From positions 1 to 39,210 of the forward strand of contig PWFM01000207.1 in NCBI GenBank assembly GCA_003553895.1: a stretch of 39,210 nt of DNA. The letters run 5' to 3'. Under the pieces are notes generated by a model. The model was given only the letters and a program-made list of their open reading frames with translations, did no database searches and had not been told where the DNA came from. Positions 7,656 to 14,782 of the stretch are shown here, piece after piece (positions within the stretch are counted from its first letter, which is position 1; the number at the start of each line of letters is the position of its first letter). Source of the DNA: Syntrophomonadaceae bacterium (GTDB taxonomy: Bacteria > Bacillota > Dethiobacteria > DTU022). Both the position numbers and the translations under genes were made by a program.

Positions 7656-8065
7656 TCATTCCACCATACTCAGGTAGAGATCTGTCCCGTCGGGCAGCAC
7701 CGTGGCGACTATCCCGCTGTACCAGTCCAGGCACTGCAGGGCCGACGCTGCCGCTCATCGCTCATATCCTCCGGCATGGTCAGGATCAGGCGGTAGCCTC
7801 TCTGGCGGCGCATACCATGGCCAGGCCGCCTATCCCGGTATTGCCGCTGGTGGCCTCCACCACGATATCACCTTGCTTTAGCTCTCCCTTTTTCTCCGCT
7901 GCCAGGATCATGGCCAGGGTGATGCGGTCCTTCACGCTGCAGCCCGGGTTAACTCCTTCAACTTTTGCCAGCAATCGCCCCTTTTCTGTAGATGATTACA
8001 ATCCCATCCAAAGAAATCAGGGGTGTATTACCCACCAGCTCCAGGACACTGGTTCTGTTACTCAT
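7656..8065 (-). pseudogene. Cysteine synthase (CysK/CysM-type PLP enzyme) relic: multiple frameshifts plus a large internal deletion
   Basis: The ATG at 8065 overlaps the upstream stop (TGATG). Frame a reads MSNRTSVLELVGNTPLISLDGI.., then a stop. Frame b (track ORF 7786..7974) reads ..[56 protein letters not shown].., then a stop. Frame c reads [16 protein letters not shown]... Another frame gives the family C-terminus IVATVLPDGTDLYLSMVE*, ending at 7656. The total is about 410 nt against roughly 900 nt expected. Confidence 0.75.
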
Positions 8066-9537
8066 CAGCTTTTCTCCCTGCTGGCGGTTTTGACCGGCAG
8101 ACGGTTGTTTACCCAGGCGATGATTCCGCCTTCCAGGTTGTAAGTTTCATTAAACCCGGCTTCCCGCAGGACTTTTACCGCCCGGCGGCTCCTCTCTCCG
8201 ATCTGGCAGACAAAAACTGCCGGCCTGGTATAGTCGATCTCTTCCAGTCGCCCGGACAATTCCCCCAGGGGAATCAGGCTGGAATCTTCCAAATGTTGCT
8301 TTTCATACTCCCGGAGCTCCCGGACATCAATAATCTGGGCGTTTCCTTCGATCATCCTCAAAGCCTCACCCGGGCTTATATCATAAGCATACTTGGCCTT
8401 ATCTTCCTCTTCTTCGCCCTCCGGAACGGGCATCCCGCAGAATTGCTCGTAATCGATCAGTTCCGTGATGGTCGGGTTTTCCCCGCAGACCGGGCAGTCT
8501 TCCCTCGGCTGCCACTCGAAGGTATAATGATCATCGACCAGGGCATCATAAATATAGAGCTTGTTGATCAGGTTTTCACCGATACCCAGGATTAATTTTA
8601 TGGCCTGCATTGCCTGCAGGGTACCCATCTGCCCCGCCAGGGCCCCGATGATCCCAGCTTCAGCACAGCTGGGCACACTACCCGGAGGCGGCGGTGACGG
8701 GAACAGGCAGCGATAACACCCTTTCCCGGGGTAAAATACGGTGGCCTGCCCTTCAAAACGCAAGATCGCGGCGTCAACCATGGGCTTGCCAAGCATCACG
8801 CAGGCATCGTTTAAGAGGTAGCGGGTGGGAAAGTTATCGCACCCGTTAACGACTACATCATAATCCTCGAGGATGGAAAAGGCATTTTCGGAACTCAAAA
8901 TCACCGGATGGGTTTCCACCCGCACATCCGGGTTCAGCTTCTCAATCCGTTCTTTTGCCGTATCCACTTTCAATCGCCCCAGTCCTGCTTCGTCATGCAG
9001 GATCTGCCTTTGCAGGTTGGAGCGTTCCACCCGGTCCCCGTCTATAAAACCAATCGTCCCGATTCCGGCTGCTGCCAAATAAATGCCTGCCGGGGAGCCA
9101 AGCCCGCCTGCGCCTACGATCAGAACTTTTGAATCAAGTAGTTTTCTTTGCCCTTTTACCCCCACTTCTGAAAGCCGGGTGTGACGGGAATAGCGCTCCA
9201 TTTGCTCCTTATTTAAAAGTGTGTCCCCATGCCGGCCGGGTTCGGCAGAATCCTGGTCAGAACCGCCGGCTATGGCCGGAACCAGGGCCACCTCGTCACC
9301 GTCTTTTAGGGCGGTATCAACGCCCTCCAGGGTATGGACTTCCACCCCGTTTACGTAAATATTGAGGTGGGAAACCGGTTCCCCGTTTTCATAAACCCTT
9401 TCTTTCAGGTCCGGGTACTGCTCCGTAATCGCCGCCAGCATCTGTTCAACACTGCCGGTTTCAATCTCAAGCCTTGACTTGTTATCCGTTAATTCGCGAA
9501 AAGGCGTCGGAATATATATGCCAACTTTTGGTCCCAT
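8065..9537 (-). CDS. Tri-domain protein: MoaD/ThiS-like ubiquitin-fold domain + MoeB/ThiF E1-like adenylyltransferase + rhodanese
   Basis: 490 aa. Residues 1-92 look like a beta-grasp sulfur carrier and end ..DGDEVALVPAIAGG. Then comes an acidic linker, followed by the E1 domain with LIVGAGGLGSPAGIYLAAAGIG, ERSNLQRQ, two CxxC pairs (CYRC, CPVC) and PSCAEAG. The C-terminal rhodanese has an active-site loop CQIGERS. AAAGGAGG precedes the ATG. Confidence 0.85.
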   Translation of the reverse strand: MGPKVGIYIPTPFRELTDNKSRLEIETGSVEQMLAAITEQYPDLKERVYENGEPVSHLNIYVNGVEVHTLEGVDTALKDGDEVALVPAIAGGSDQDSAEPGRHGDTLLNKEQMERYSRHTRLSEVGVKGQRKLLDSKVLIVGAGGLGSPAGIYLAAAGIGTIGFIDGDRVERSNLQRQILHDEAGLGRLKVDTAKERIEKLNPDVRVETHPVILSSENAFSILEDYDVVVNGCDNFPTRYLLNDACVMLGKPMVDAAILRFEGQATVFYPGKGCYRCLFPSPPPPGSVPSCAEAGIIGALAGQMGTLQAMQAIKLILGIGENLINKLYIYDALVDDHYTFEWQPREDCPVCGENPTITELIDYEQFCGMPVPEGEEEEDKAKYAYDISPGEALRMIEGNAQIIDVRELREYEKQHLEDSSLIPLGELSGRLEEIDYTRPAVFVCQIGERSRRAVKVLREAGFNETYNLEGGIIAWVNNRLPVKTASREKS

Positions 9538-9624
9538 CAGTCAGCCTCCTTTCTGCCTTGCAACCGCTGTTTCAGTCGGCGCCGGGCCTTAGATCGCCAC
9601 CGCCCCGTTTATACCCCGGCCGGA

Positions 9625-9963
9625 TCAGGACCGTTTAAAATAAATGCGGTAAAGGCCGGGTGAAGGTTCATCTATACCAAGGACTTCCGCCAGTTTCTTT
9701 TCTTTAACCGCATCCGGCACGGTATGGGTGGAAATGGTGTGATCGGTTATCTCCACCAGGATTTCTCCCGGGTTCATTTTTAACAGCTCCTTCTGGGCCG
9801 CTATAACCGGGTAGGGGCAAACCTCCCCGGTCACATCGAGTTCCCGGTTCGGATCAATTTCTTCCAGGTTCATTTCAGTTTCAACTTCCCTTGCGCTGCC
9901 AAGCCCGGACAGAGCTTCCCGGGCCTGGTTGAAGTCAGGGGTCGATTTCCTGTGATCAATCAT
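9625..9963 (-). CDS. TusA/YeeD/SirA-like sulfurtransferase
   Basis: 112 aa with the CPYP motif in ELDVTGEVCPYPVIAAQKELLKMNPGEILVEITD, which is TusA-family. It has an N-terminal ~35-aa extension. GGGAGGA lies 6 nt upstream of the ATG at 9963. Confidence 0.8.
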   Translation of the reverse strand: MIDHRKSTPDFNQAREALSGLGSAREVETEMNLEEIDPNRELDVTGEVCPYPVIAAQKELLKMNPGEILVEITDHTISTHTVPDAVKEKKLAEVLGIDEPSPGLYRIYFKRS

Positions 9964-10082
9964 TGCAATTCCTCCCTGTCTTTATATTCATTAACATACC
10001 AGTTAACTTACTATCATCCAGCTTTAATCTTAAATCACTTTTTCACAACGCCGGCGCTGTCTTTACCAAACCGGTTCAAAAA

Positions 10083-11237
10083 TTAGCTGCCGGCCTGTTT
10101 CAGGCCCGCTTCCTGCTCCAGTCGGCTCATCTGCTTCTGCAGATTCCTCTGGGCCACGACGTAGCCGAGATAAACGCCAAGTGCGATGCCGGCCGAAGCC
10201 AGAAAGGAATGGACGGATAAAGCGGGGATCCCGCTGATGATATTCCCAATATTGCAGCCGGGCGCCATGCGGGAGCCAAGGCCCATGAGTGCACCGCCCA
10301 AAATTGCATTGGGGACCCTGTTCAAACGGGGCCGGCGGAAGCGCCAGGTACCGCTTAAAAACGAAGAGATCCCGGCGCCGGCGATGATAAAAATGATCAG
10401 CCACTCGCTCGGGCCCATAACCGCTCCCGGGTAAGCGGCAAACATAGCGCCAAGGTAAGGATTATCGAGCACGGCAGCCTCTCCGGCCAGCCGGCTCCAA
10501 ATAACCCCGGCAATGCGGGTTCCCGGGCCGGTAATACCCCAGATGCTCCACCATAAGAACTGCAGGGTCACTGTCAGGCCAACCAGGATCCCGACCATCC
10601 TGGCATCCCAGCTTTTCCAGCGCAGGGGGTTCCCGGACAATTCCTTCCTGCCCCCTTTATCCTGCCTGCTTCCTTCAGCGGAAGATGCACTTCCTGTCTG
10701 CTTGGGAAACATCCGGAAAAACAGGTAGACCAGCAGCAGGAAAGCCGCAACCGTAACCGCCTCCGGCGGAATGTAATTATAAAGGGTTATGGGCCCGCTT
10801 ACCGCCAGCGGTTCAAAATAGTAGGGAACAAAGAAAGGTTCATGCAGGGCCGCGTAAAAAAGGTAGCCGCCTTTCATGCCCAGGAAAACCAGCCAGAAAT
10901 AGGCATAACCCATGCCGCAGCGATACAGGGTTCCGCTGGCGCAGGCCCCGGCCACGTACATGCCCACTCCGAAAACAATTCCACCGATCAGCGCGGTTCC
11001 GCCCACCGGAGGAAGCCACAGCCTGTCCAGAGGCGCCAGCCCGGCTGCCAGAATCAGCGACCAGCCGAAAAGAATAACCAGCACAGCCAGGATGACCCCC
11101 TGCAAGACCCGGTTATGTTTAAAGGCAAACCAGTCCCTGAAAGCGGAGACAAAGCAGAAATCGCCTTTTTGCAGGAGGACTCCGTATACCAACCCGAAAC
11201 CTGCTCCCATGAGCAGCAGGCTATCTATTCCCCCCAA
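10083..11237 (-). CDS. YeeE/YedE family membrane protein (thiosulfate/sulfur-compound transporter)
   Basis: Track ORF 10083..11246, polytopic. The conserved Cys-containing motifs are GDFCFVSAFRDWF, GACASGTLYRCG and MAPGCNIGN. The track GTG (11246) is part of GGAGGTG itself. The TTG at 11237 has 8-nt spacing from GGAGG and is preferred, but the start remains uncertain. Confidence 0.85.
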   Translation of the reverse strand: MGGIDSLLLMGAGFGLVYGVLLQKGDFCFVSAFRDWFAFKHNRVLQGVILAVLVILFGWSLILAAGLAPLDRLWLPPVGGTALIGGIVFGVGMYVAGACASGTLYRCGMGYAYFWLVFLGMKGGYLFYAALHEPFFVPYYFEPLAVSGPITLYNYIPPEAVTVAAFLLLVYLFFRMFPKQTGSASSAEGSRQDKGGRKELSGNPLRWKSWDARMVGILVGLTVTLQFLWWSIWGITGPGTRIAGVIWSRLAGEAAVLDNPYLGAMFAAYPGAVMGPSEWLIIFIIAGAGISSFLSGTWRFRRPRLNRVPNAILGGALMGLGSRMAPGCNIGNIISGIPALSVHSFLASAGIALGVYLGYVVAQRNLQKQMSRLEQEAGLKQAGS

Positions 11238-11281
11238 CGAGTCCACCTCCTAAAATGATATTAATTCTATAGATTATGTAT

Positions 11282-11310
11282 ATTATAAACGTAAATAGTT
11301 TCCCCGTCAA
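11282..11310 (-). promoter_or_regulatory. Near-consensus sigma-70/SigA-type promoter upstream of yeeE-like gene
   Basis: The minus strand reads TTGACG (11310-11305), a 17-nt spacer, then TATAAT (11287-11282), about 35-45 nt upstream of the start codon. Confidence 0.55.
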
Positions 11311-11704
11311 GGGGTTTTCATCGAAATTTTGATTACCTATACCCCTGACCGAAATGGCTCTTTTGCTTTAAACACTTCAGTATTTACGTTCCCGGACCAC
11401 TTCATTTCAGAGGTTTTGACTGGTAAACCTTCCGGCAGCAGGAACAGGGGCAGATCAAGCGGATACCGTAAAATTAAATTGAAAAACTGGGGCTCAGGGT
11501 TGTCTATTACTTGATCCGGAACGATCAGACTGTGTCAGACCATGAGAGTCGTTGTAGTTTCAGCCCTTGCAAATGATGAAATTTACCTCATTACGCAGAA
11601 ACGCAAACAAAAAGGCTTTTTCCAAAAATAAAGGTTTGCATTTTTTACCCTTGCTTTAGGGCCCATTCCCTTAATCTGAACCCGTTTATCAGTTCAGCTG
11701 TTAA

Positions 11705-12358
11705 TTACATAAAATCCTGGTAGCGCGACACTTCGCCGGGTGGAACGATAACACAGCTTCCTTCCCAATCCCACCCTATAATTTTTTTGAAAAAATCCGG
11801 CTCTCCCTGCAGCCGCACAAATTCCACTCCCAGAAAATCGGCTACTTTCTTTGCATATTTCGCATACTCCTCAACTTCCGGCAAATCTGTATCAATAAAG
11901 ACGATCCGCTTGTAATTCTTGTATGACTCCCTGGTTATCCACAGGGCATTTTCCTCGCCGTACTTTTCAGCATACTCCTGGTATTCCTGGAGCGGATCGG
12001 CCTTTTGATCGATCCATCCCTTGCTCAGGTAGTAGGTGCCCGGGTCGGCGCCAAACTCCCGGTCGTATCTTTCCCTGGAGCCCAGCAGCAGGCTGATGCA
12101 GTCATGCACCCGGGGAATAACCAGGGTTTTGTCTCCGGCCCTCAAACCATCGAGCCCCCTCGAGCAGAGCCCGTAAACAAAAACCAGCGTATCAGCCTCA
12201 TGCTCTGAGTCGATCCTTTTCTGCAGCTCTTCGCAAAGTTTTTCCGGAGTCCTGTGCAGGGCATATTCCATGTATTCCACAGGCTGGTTTTCAGGCCTGA
12301 TTTTTTCAACTTCCTCCATCATCGTCTTACAGCAAATTAGCTTAGTTTTTTTTCCCAT
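11705..12358 (-). CDS. DUF1638 domain protein
   Basis: 217 aa. The pattern ..VFVYGLCSRGLDGL...LVIPRVHDCISLLLGSRERY....YYLSKGWID.. matches my recollection of DUF1638, a family usually found beside corrinoid/methyltransferase genes. This is from recall only, not a search. Confidence 0.55.
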   Translation of the reverse strand: MGKKTKLICCKTMMEEVEKIRPENQPVEYMEYALHRTPEKLCEELQKRIDSEHEADTLVFVYGLCSRGLDGLRAGDKTLVIPRVHDCISLLLGSRERYDREFGADPGTYYLSKGWIDQKADPLQEYQEYAEKYGEENALWITRESYKNYKRIVFIDTDLPEVEEYAKYAKKVADFLGVEFVRLQGEPDFFKKIIGWDWEGSCVIVPPGEVSRYQDFM

Positions 12359-12405
12359 AATTATTCACCACACTTAAATATTTACCACAGATGCCGCTGC
12401 CCGGT

Positions 12406-13437
12406 TTAAAGCTTGCCCTTGAAATGATCGGCCACTTCCTGCAGCAGGCGAAAAGACCTGGTAACCGTTTCTTCCCCGTCCTGGTTGACCAGGCAGCAGC
12501 GGGCCGGGGCCAGCCATGCTTGCTGCAGGATTTGTTCACGCGGGATTCCCTGCCGGTCCAGGCTCTTCCACAACCCCTCCAGCATCTCGATCATCGAATG
12601 CACATTCTCGCGCTCAAATTCCTCGGTCAGGGTCGGGGTTATTCCCCAGGAAATAATGCCTCCACGCTCAAGAAAACCCCTGACCTCTTCGGCGTAACGG
12701 CTAAAAATATGGCCCTGGGCTAATACATCCAATGAAAGCACGTCCAGTTCCATCTGCAGCAAAAACGACCAGTCCGGGTTACCGCAGAGGTGCACCCCCC
12801 GCGGCCCGGGGAAACTATCCAGGAAAGCCAGGTAATCTTCTTTTGCCCTTTCACTGGTATAACCGGTAAAAGCCATGAAAATCATTTCCAGTCCCGGTTC
12901 GTCCACCCAAACAAAAGCGCCATTGTGCGCTCCTTGCATTTCCCCGAACTGGGCTTTAAGCTTCTTGGCTACGAAATCAAACACGATCTGCCTGACCTCT
13001 TCGTAGTAGATCATCGGCTTGTTTTTTTCATCGAGTATTTTAAGCCCGTAGCTGACCGGCCCGATGCTCTGGCCCCGGACATACTTGTAACCTGACAGGT
13101 CCTTTTCCAGGAAACGGTGGAATACCACCGAGTACTCCGGGGAAAGGCGGAAGAATTCCTCCTCTTCCCAGTGAGGCATGTATTCTTCAAAATCCTCGTA
13201 AAACTTGTCAATGGAAAAGCTGACCACCCGCCTGTCCATGTCAAGTATAATCCCTGGAAAATGTTCGGAAACCTGGGCGTACATATCCTCAAGAAAGCTC
13301 ACCTTCGGCAGCTGGGGCCAAAAGGGTATATCCAAGCTTAAAGCCAGCTCCAGTGCCCGGTCGGCATCCTTGTGGGGCATGATCCCCATAGCCGTCGTCC
13401 GGCAACCGCCTTCCAGTTTTAAATCAATTTCCTTCAT
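12406..13437 (-). CDS. Short cobalamin-independent methionine-synthase-like (Meth_synt_2, 'core MetE'-like) Zn methyltransferase
   Basis: Track ORF 12406..13440 (TTG start). The ATG at 13437 lies 7 nt after AAGAAGG. Motifs are WPQLP, VWVDEPGLE (compare MetE IQIDEPAL), an H-x-C motif in VHLCGNPDW, and a distal Cys pair in APARCCL. At about 343 aa it is the size of a single MetE catalytic barrel. Confidence 0.55.
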   Translation of the reverse strand: MKEIDLKLEGGCRTTAMGIMPHKDADRALELALSLDIPFWPQLPKVSFLEDMYAQVSEHFPGIILDMDRRVVSFSIDKFYEDFEEYMPHWEEEEFFRLSPEYSVVFHRFLEKDLSGYKYVRGQSIGPVSYGLKILDEKNKPMIYYEEVRQIVFDFVAKKLKAQFGEMQGAHNGAFVWVDEPGLEMIFMAFTGYTSERAKEDYLAFLDSFPGPRGVHLCGNPDWSFLLQMELDVLSLDVLAQGHIFSRYAEEVRGFLERGGIISWGITPTLTEEFERENVHSMIEMLEGLWKSLDRQGIPREQILQQAWLAPARCCLVNQDGEETVTRSFRLLQEVADHFKGKL

Positions 13438-14647
13438 CAAGCAACCTTCTTTCGCCGGTCAACTGCTGCAGCCTGGTGATATCCTGGGCCACTTCCAGGG
13501 CGCCCACGTACCTGCCGTTTTCATCCCGGATTGCGAAAAAGATGATGTAAATCATCTTGCCCTGCAAATTAATCCAGAATTCGGCGCTGTCCCTGGTGCC
13601 ATCTTTGAAAGAAGAAACAATTTTTTGCACCTGATCAACACTCTGCGGCGGGTGGCAGTTTTCCACCTTGCGTCCGATAATAGCCCTGGTCCGGACAAAA
13701 ATCCGTTCTTCGTTCTCGGAAAAGTAGCGGACCACGTCATCCTGGTCAACAAAAGTAATATCCACGGGCAGGGCGTTGAGCATGTGCATCAGCTGTTTCG
13801 GGGTCAACTCTCCCGAGGGCAGTTTGATCTTGCTGGCTTCCAGGGAAGGCTCTTCGGCCGCAGTCTTTTTCAAGGTATCAGCCAGGTGGGCGGTGTCGGC
13901 AGGCGGTTCAATAAAAGCGTAGCCGACCTGGTCGCTCTCCTTGAGCACATCGACCCAGTCTGTGGTCTGCAGCTTCTCCAGGGAAGGGGGGAAAAGGATG
14001 TTTTCTTCTTTGAAAATCATGCCGTCCACTTCCTCCACCAGCGGGTTAAGGCGGTCTTCCACAAACCTTTCCACGTCTTTGGCGATAGCTACTTTATTCA
14101 GTTCTGCCTGGGCCTGTTTGAACAGATCCCTGATCTCGTTGTGCTTACCCCACATCACCTGGGTGGGGCCCATAAAACCGTAGCGCTCCAGGTACGGAAA
14201 CAGGATCTGCTCTTTTCTGACATAGTGTTGTTCCACATCGCTGAGTTTATCAAGCAGGGCGGCCGCTTCCTCGCGGAATTCTACCGGATCCTTTTGCTCA
14301 GCCTTTAGGGCCAGATCTTTCAACAGGGTGGTAATCTTTTCTATTTCCCGGTTTTCCTCCTTGAAAAATTTCACCGGGTGGGCTTCGCTTTGCTCACCGC
14401 CCAGGTCCGCCTCCAGGCTCGATTCAAAGAGGAGGGCGTGAACGTTGCAAAACTTCTTGATCTCATCGGGCGTCATACCGTCGTCAATCAAGGACTGCTC
14501 CACCTGGGCAATCTCATGAGAGGAGATCGAGCCCACTTCCTGCTCCAGCTTTTTCTGCGCTTCCTCAAAGCTGAGGCCCCGGTGCAAGTCTAAAATAATA
14601 TCTTTGATCACCTGCTTCTGCTTATCGAAATCTTTACCGCTCACCAT
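13424..14647 (-). CDS. DUF438 / hemerythrin-like / PAS domain protein
   Basis: Track ORF 13424..14671. The ATG at 14647 lies 7 nt after AAGGAG. N-terminal DUF438-like region: ..LHRGLSFEEAQKKLEQEVGSISSHEIAQVEQSLIDDGMTPDEIKKFCNVH... C-terminal PAS-like region: ..ITFVDQDDVVRYFS...GRKVENCHPPQSV... The stop overlaps the next gene's start by 14 nt. Confidence 0.7.
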   Translation of the reverse strand: MVSGKDFDKQKQVIKDIILDLHRGLSFEEAQKKLEQEVGSISSHEIAQVEQSLIDDGMTPDEIKKFCNVHALLFESSLEADLGGEQSEAHPVKFFKEENREIEKITTLLKDLALKAEQKDPVEFREEAAALLDKLSDVEQHYVRKEQILFPYLERYGFMGPTQVMWGKHNEIRDLFKQAQAELNKVAIAKDVERFVEDRLNPLVEEVDGMIFKEENILFPPSLEKLQTTDWVDVLKESDQVGYAFIEPPADTAHLADTLKKTAAEEPSLEASKIKLPSGELTPKQLMHMLNALPVDITFVDQDDVVRYFSENEERIFVRTRAIIGRKVENCHPPQSVDQVQKIVSSFKDGTRDSAEFWINLQGKMIYIIFFAIRDENGRYVGALEVAQDITRLQQLTGERRLLDEGN

Positions 14648-14731
14648 ACCTCCACTCCTTTTATTTAACATTCATACTGTTTCATACAACAGCATTAATT
14701 TTTTTCATCCAGGCATAATATCAAAGCCAAA

Positions 14732-14772
14732 GGCTGCCGGGCATTAGGTTGTAAATACCGGGCCCGGCAGCC
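14732..14772 (-). terminator. Rho-independent terminator after hcp
   Basis: The minus-strand stem GGCTGCCGGGC / GCCCGGCAGCC is 11 bp and perfect, with a 19-nt loop. It is followed by TTTGGCTTTGATATT and starts about 10 nt after the hcp stop. Confidence 0.65.
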
Positions 14773-14782
14773 TGCTTTGCTC

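Noticed and set aside
7047-9537. Possibility that the Ubl + E1 + JAMM trio is an anti-phage ubiquitin-like conjugation system (Bil-type or CBASS Cap2/Cap3-like).
   Set aside because: There is no E2-like domain, no effector, no cyclase and no target-type gene. The E1 is fused to a rhodanese and is embedded between YeeE, TusA-like and cysteine-synthase genes. This points to sulfur-carrier chemistry rather than protein conjugation or defence.
11247-11704. Riboswitch (SAM/S-box or other sulfur-responsive leader) upstream of the yeeE-like operon.
   Set aside because: The near-consensus promoter sits only about 35-45 nt from the start codon, leaving no room for an aptamer. No S-box, SAM-II or other conserved core was recognisable by eye in the longer spacer.
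13205-14308. 367-aa plus-strand ORF antisense to the DUF438/hemerythrin gene. Similar long antisense ORFs occur at 8023..8595, 7631..8143, 18485..18943, 18858..19427, 19175..19735, 29883..30383, 31766..32229 and 33560..34054.
   Set aside because: All lie entirely inside longer ORFs on the opposite strand that carry clear family motifs. They lack ribosome-binding sites and have low-complexity, Arg/Pro/Gly/Ser-rich translations typical of shadow frames. No recognisable motifs were found.
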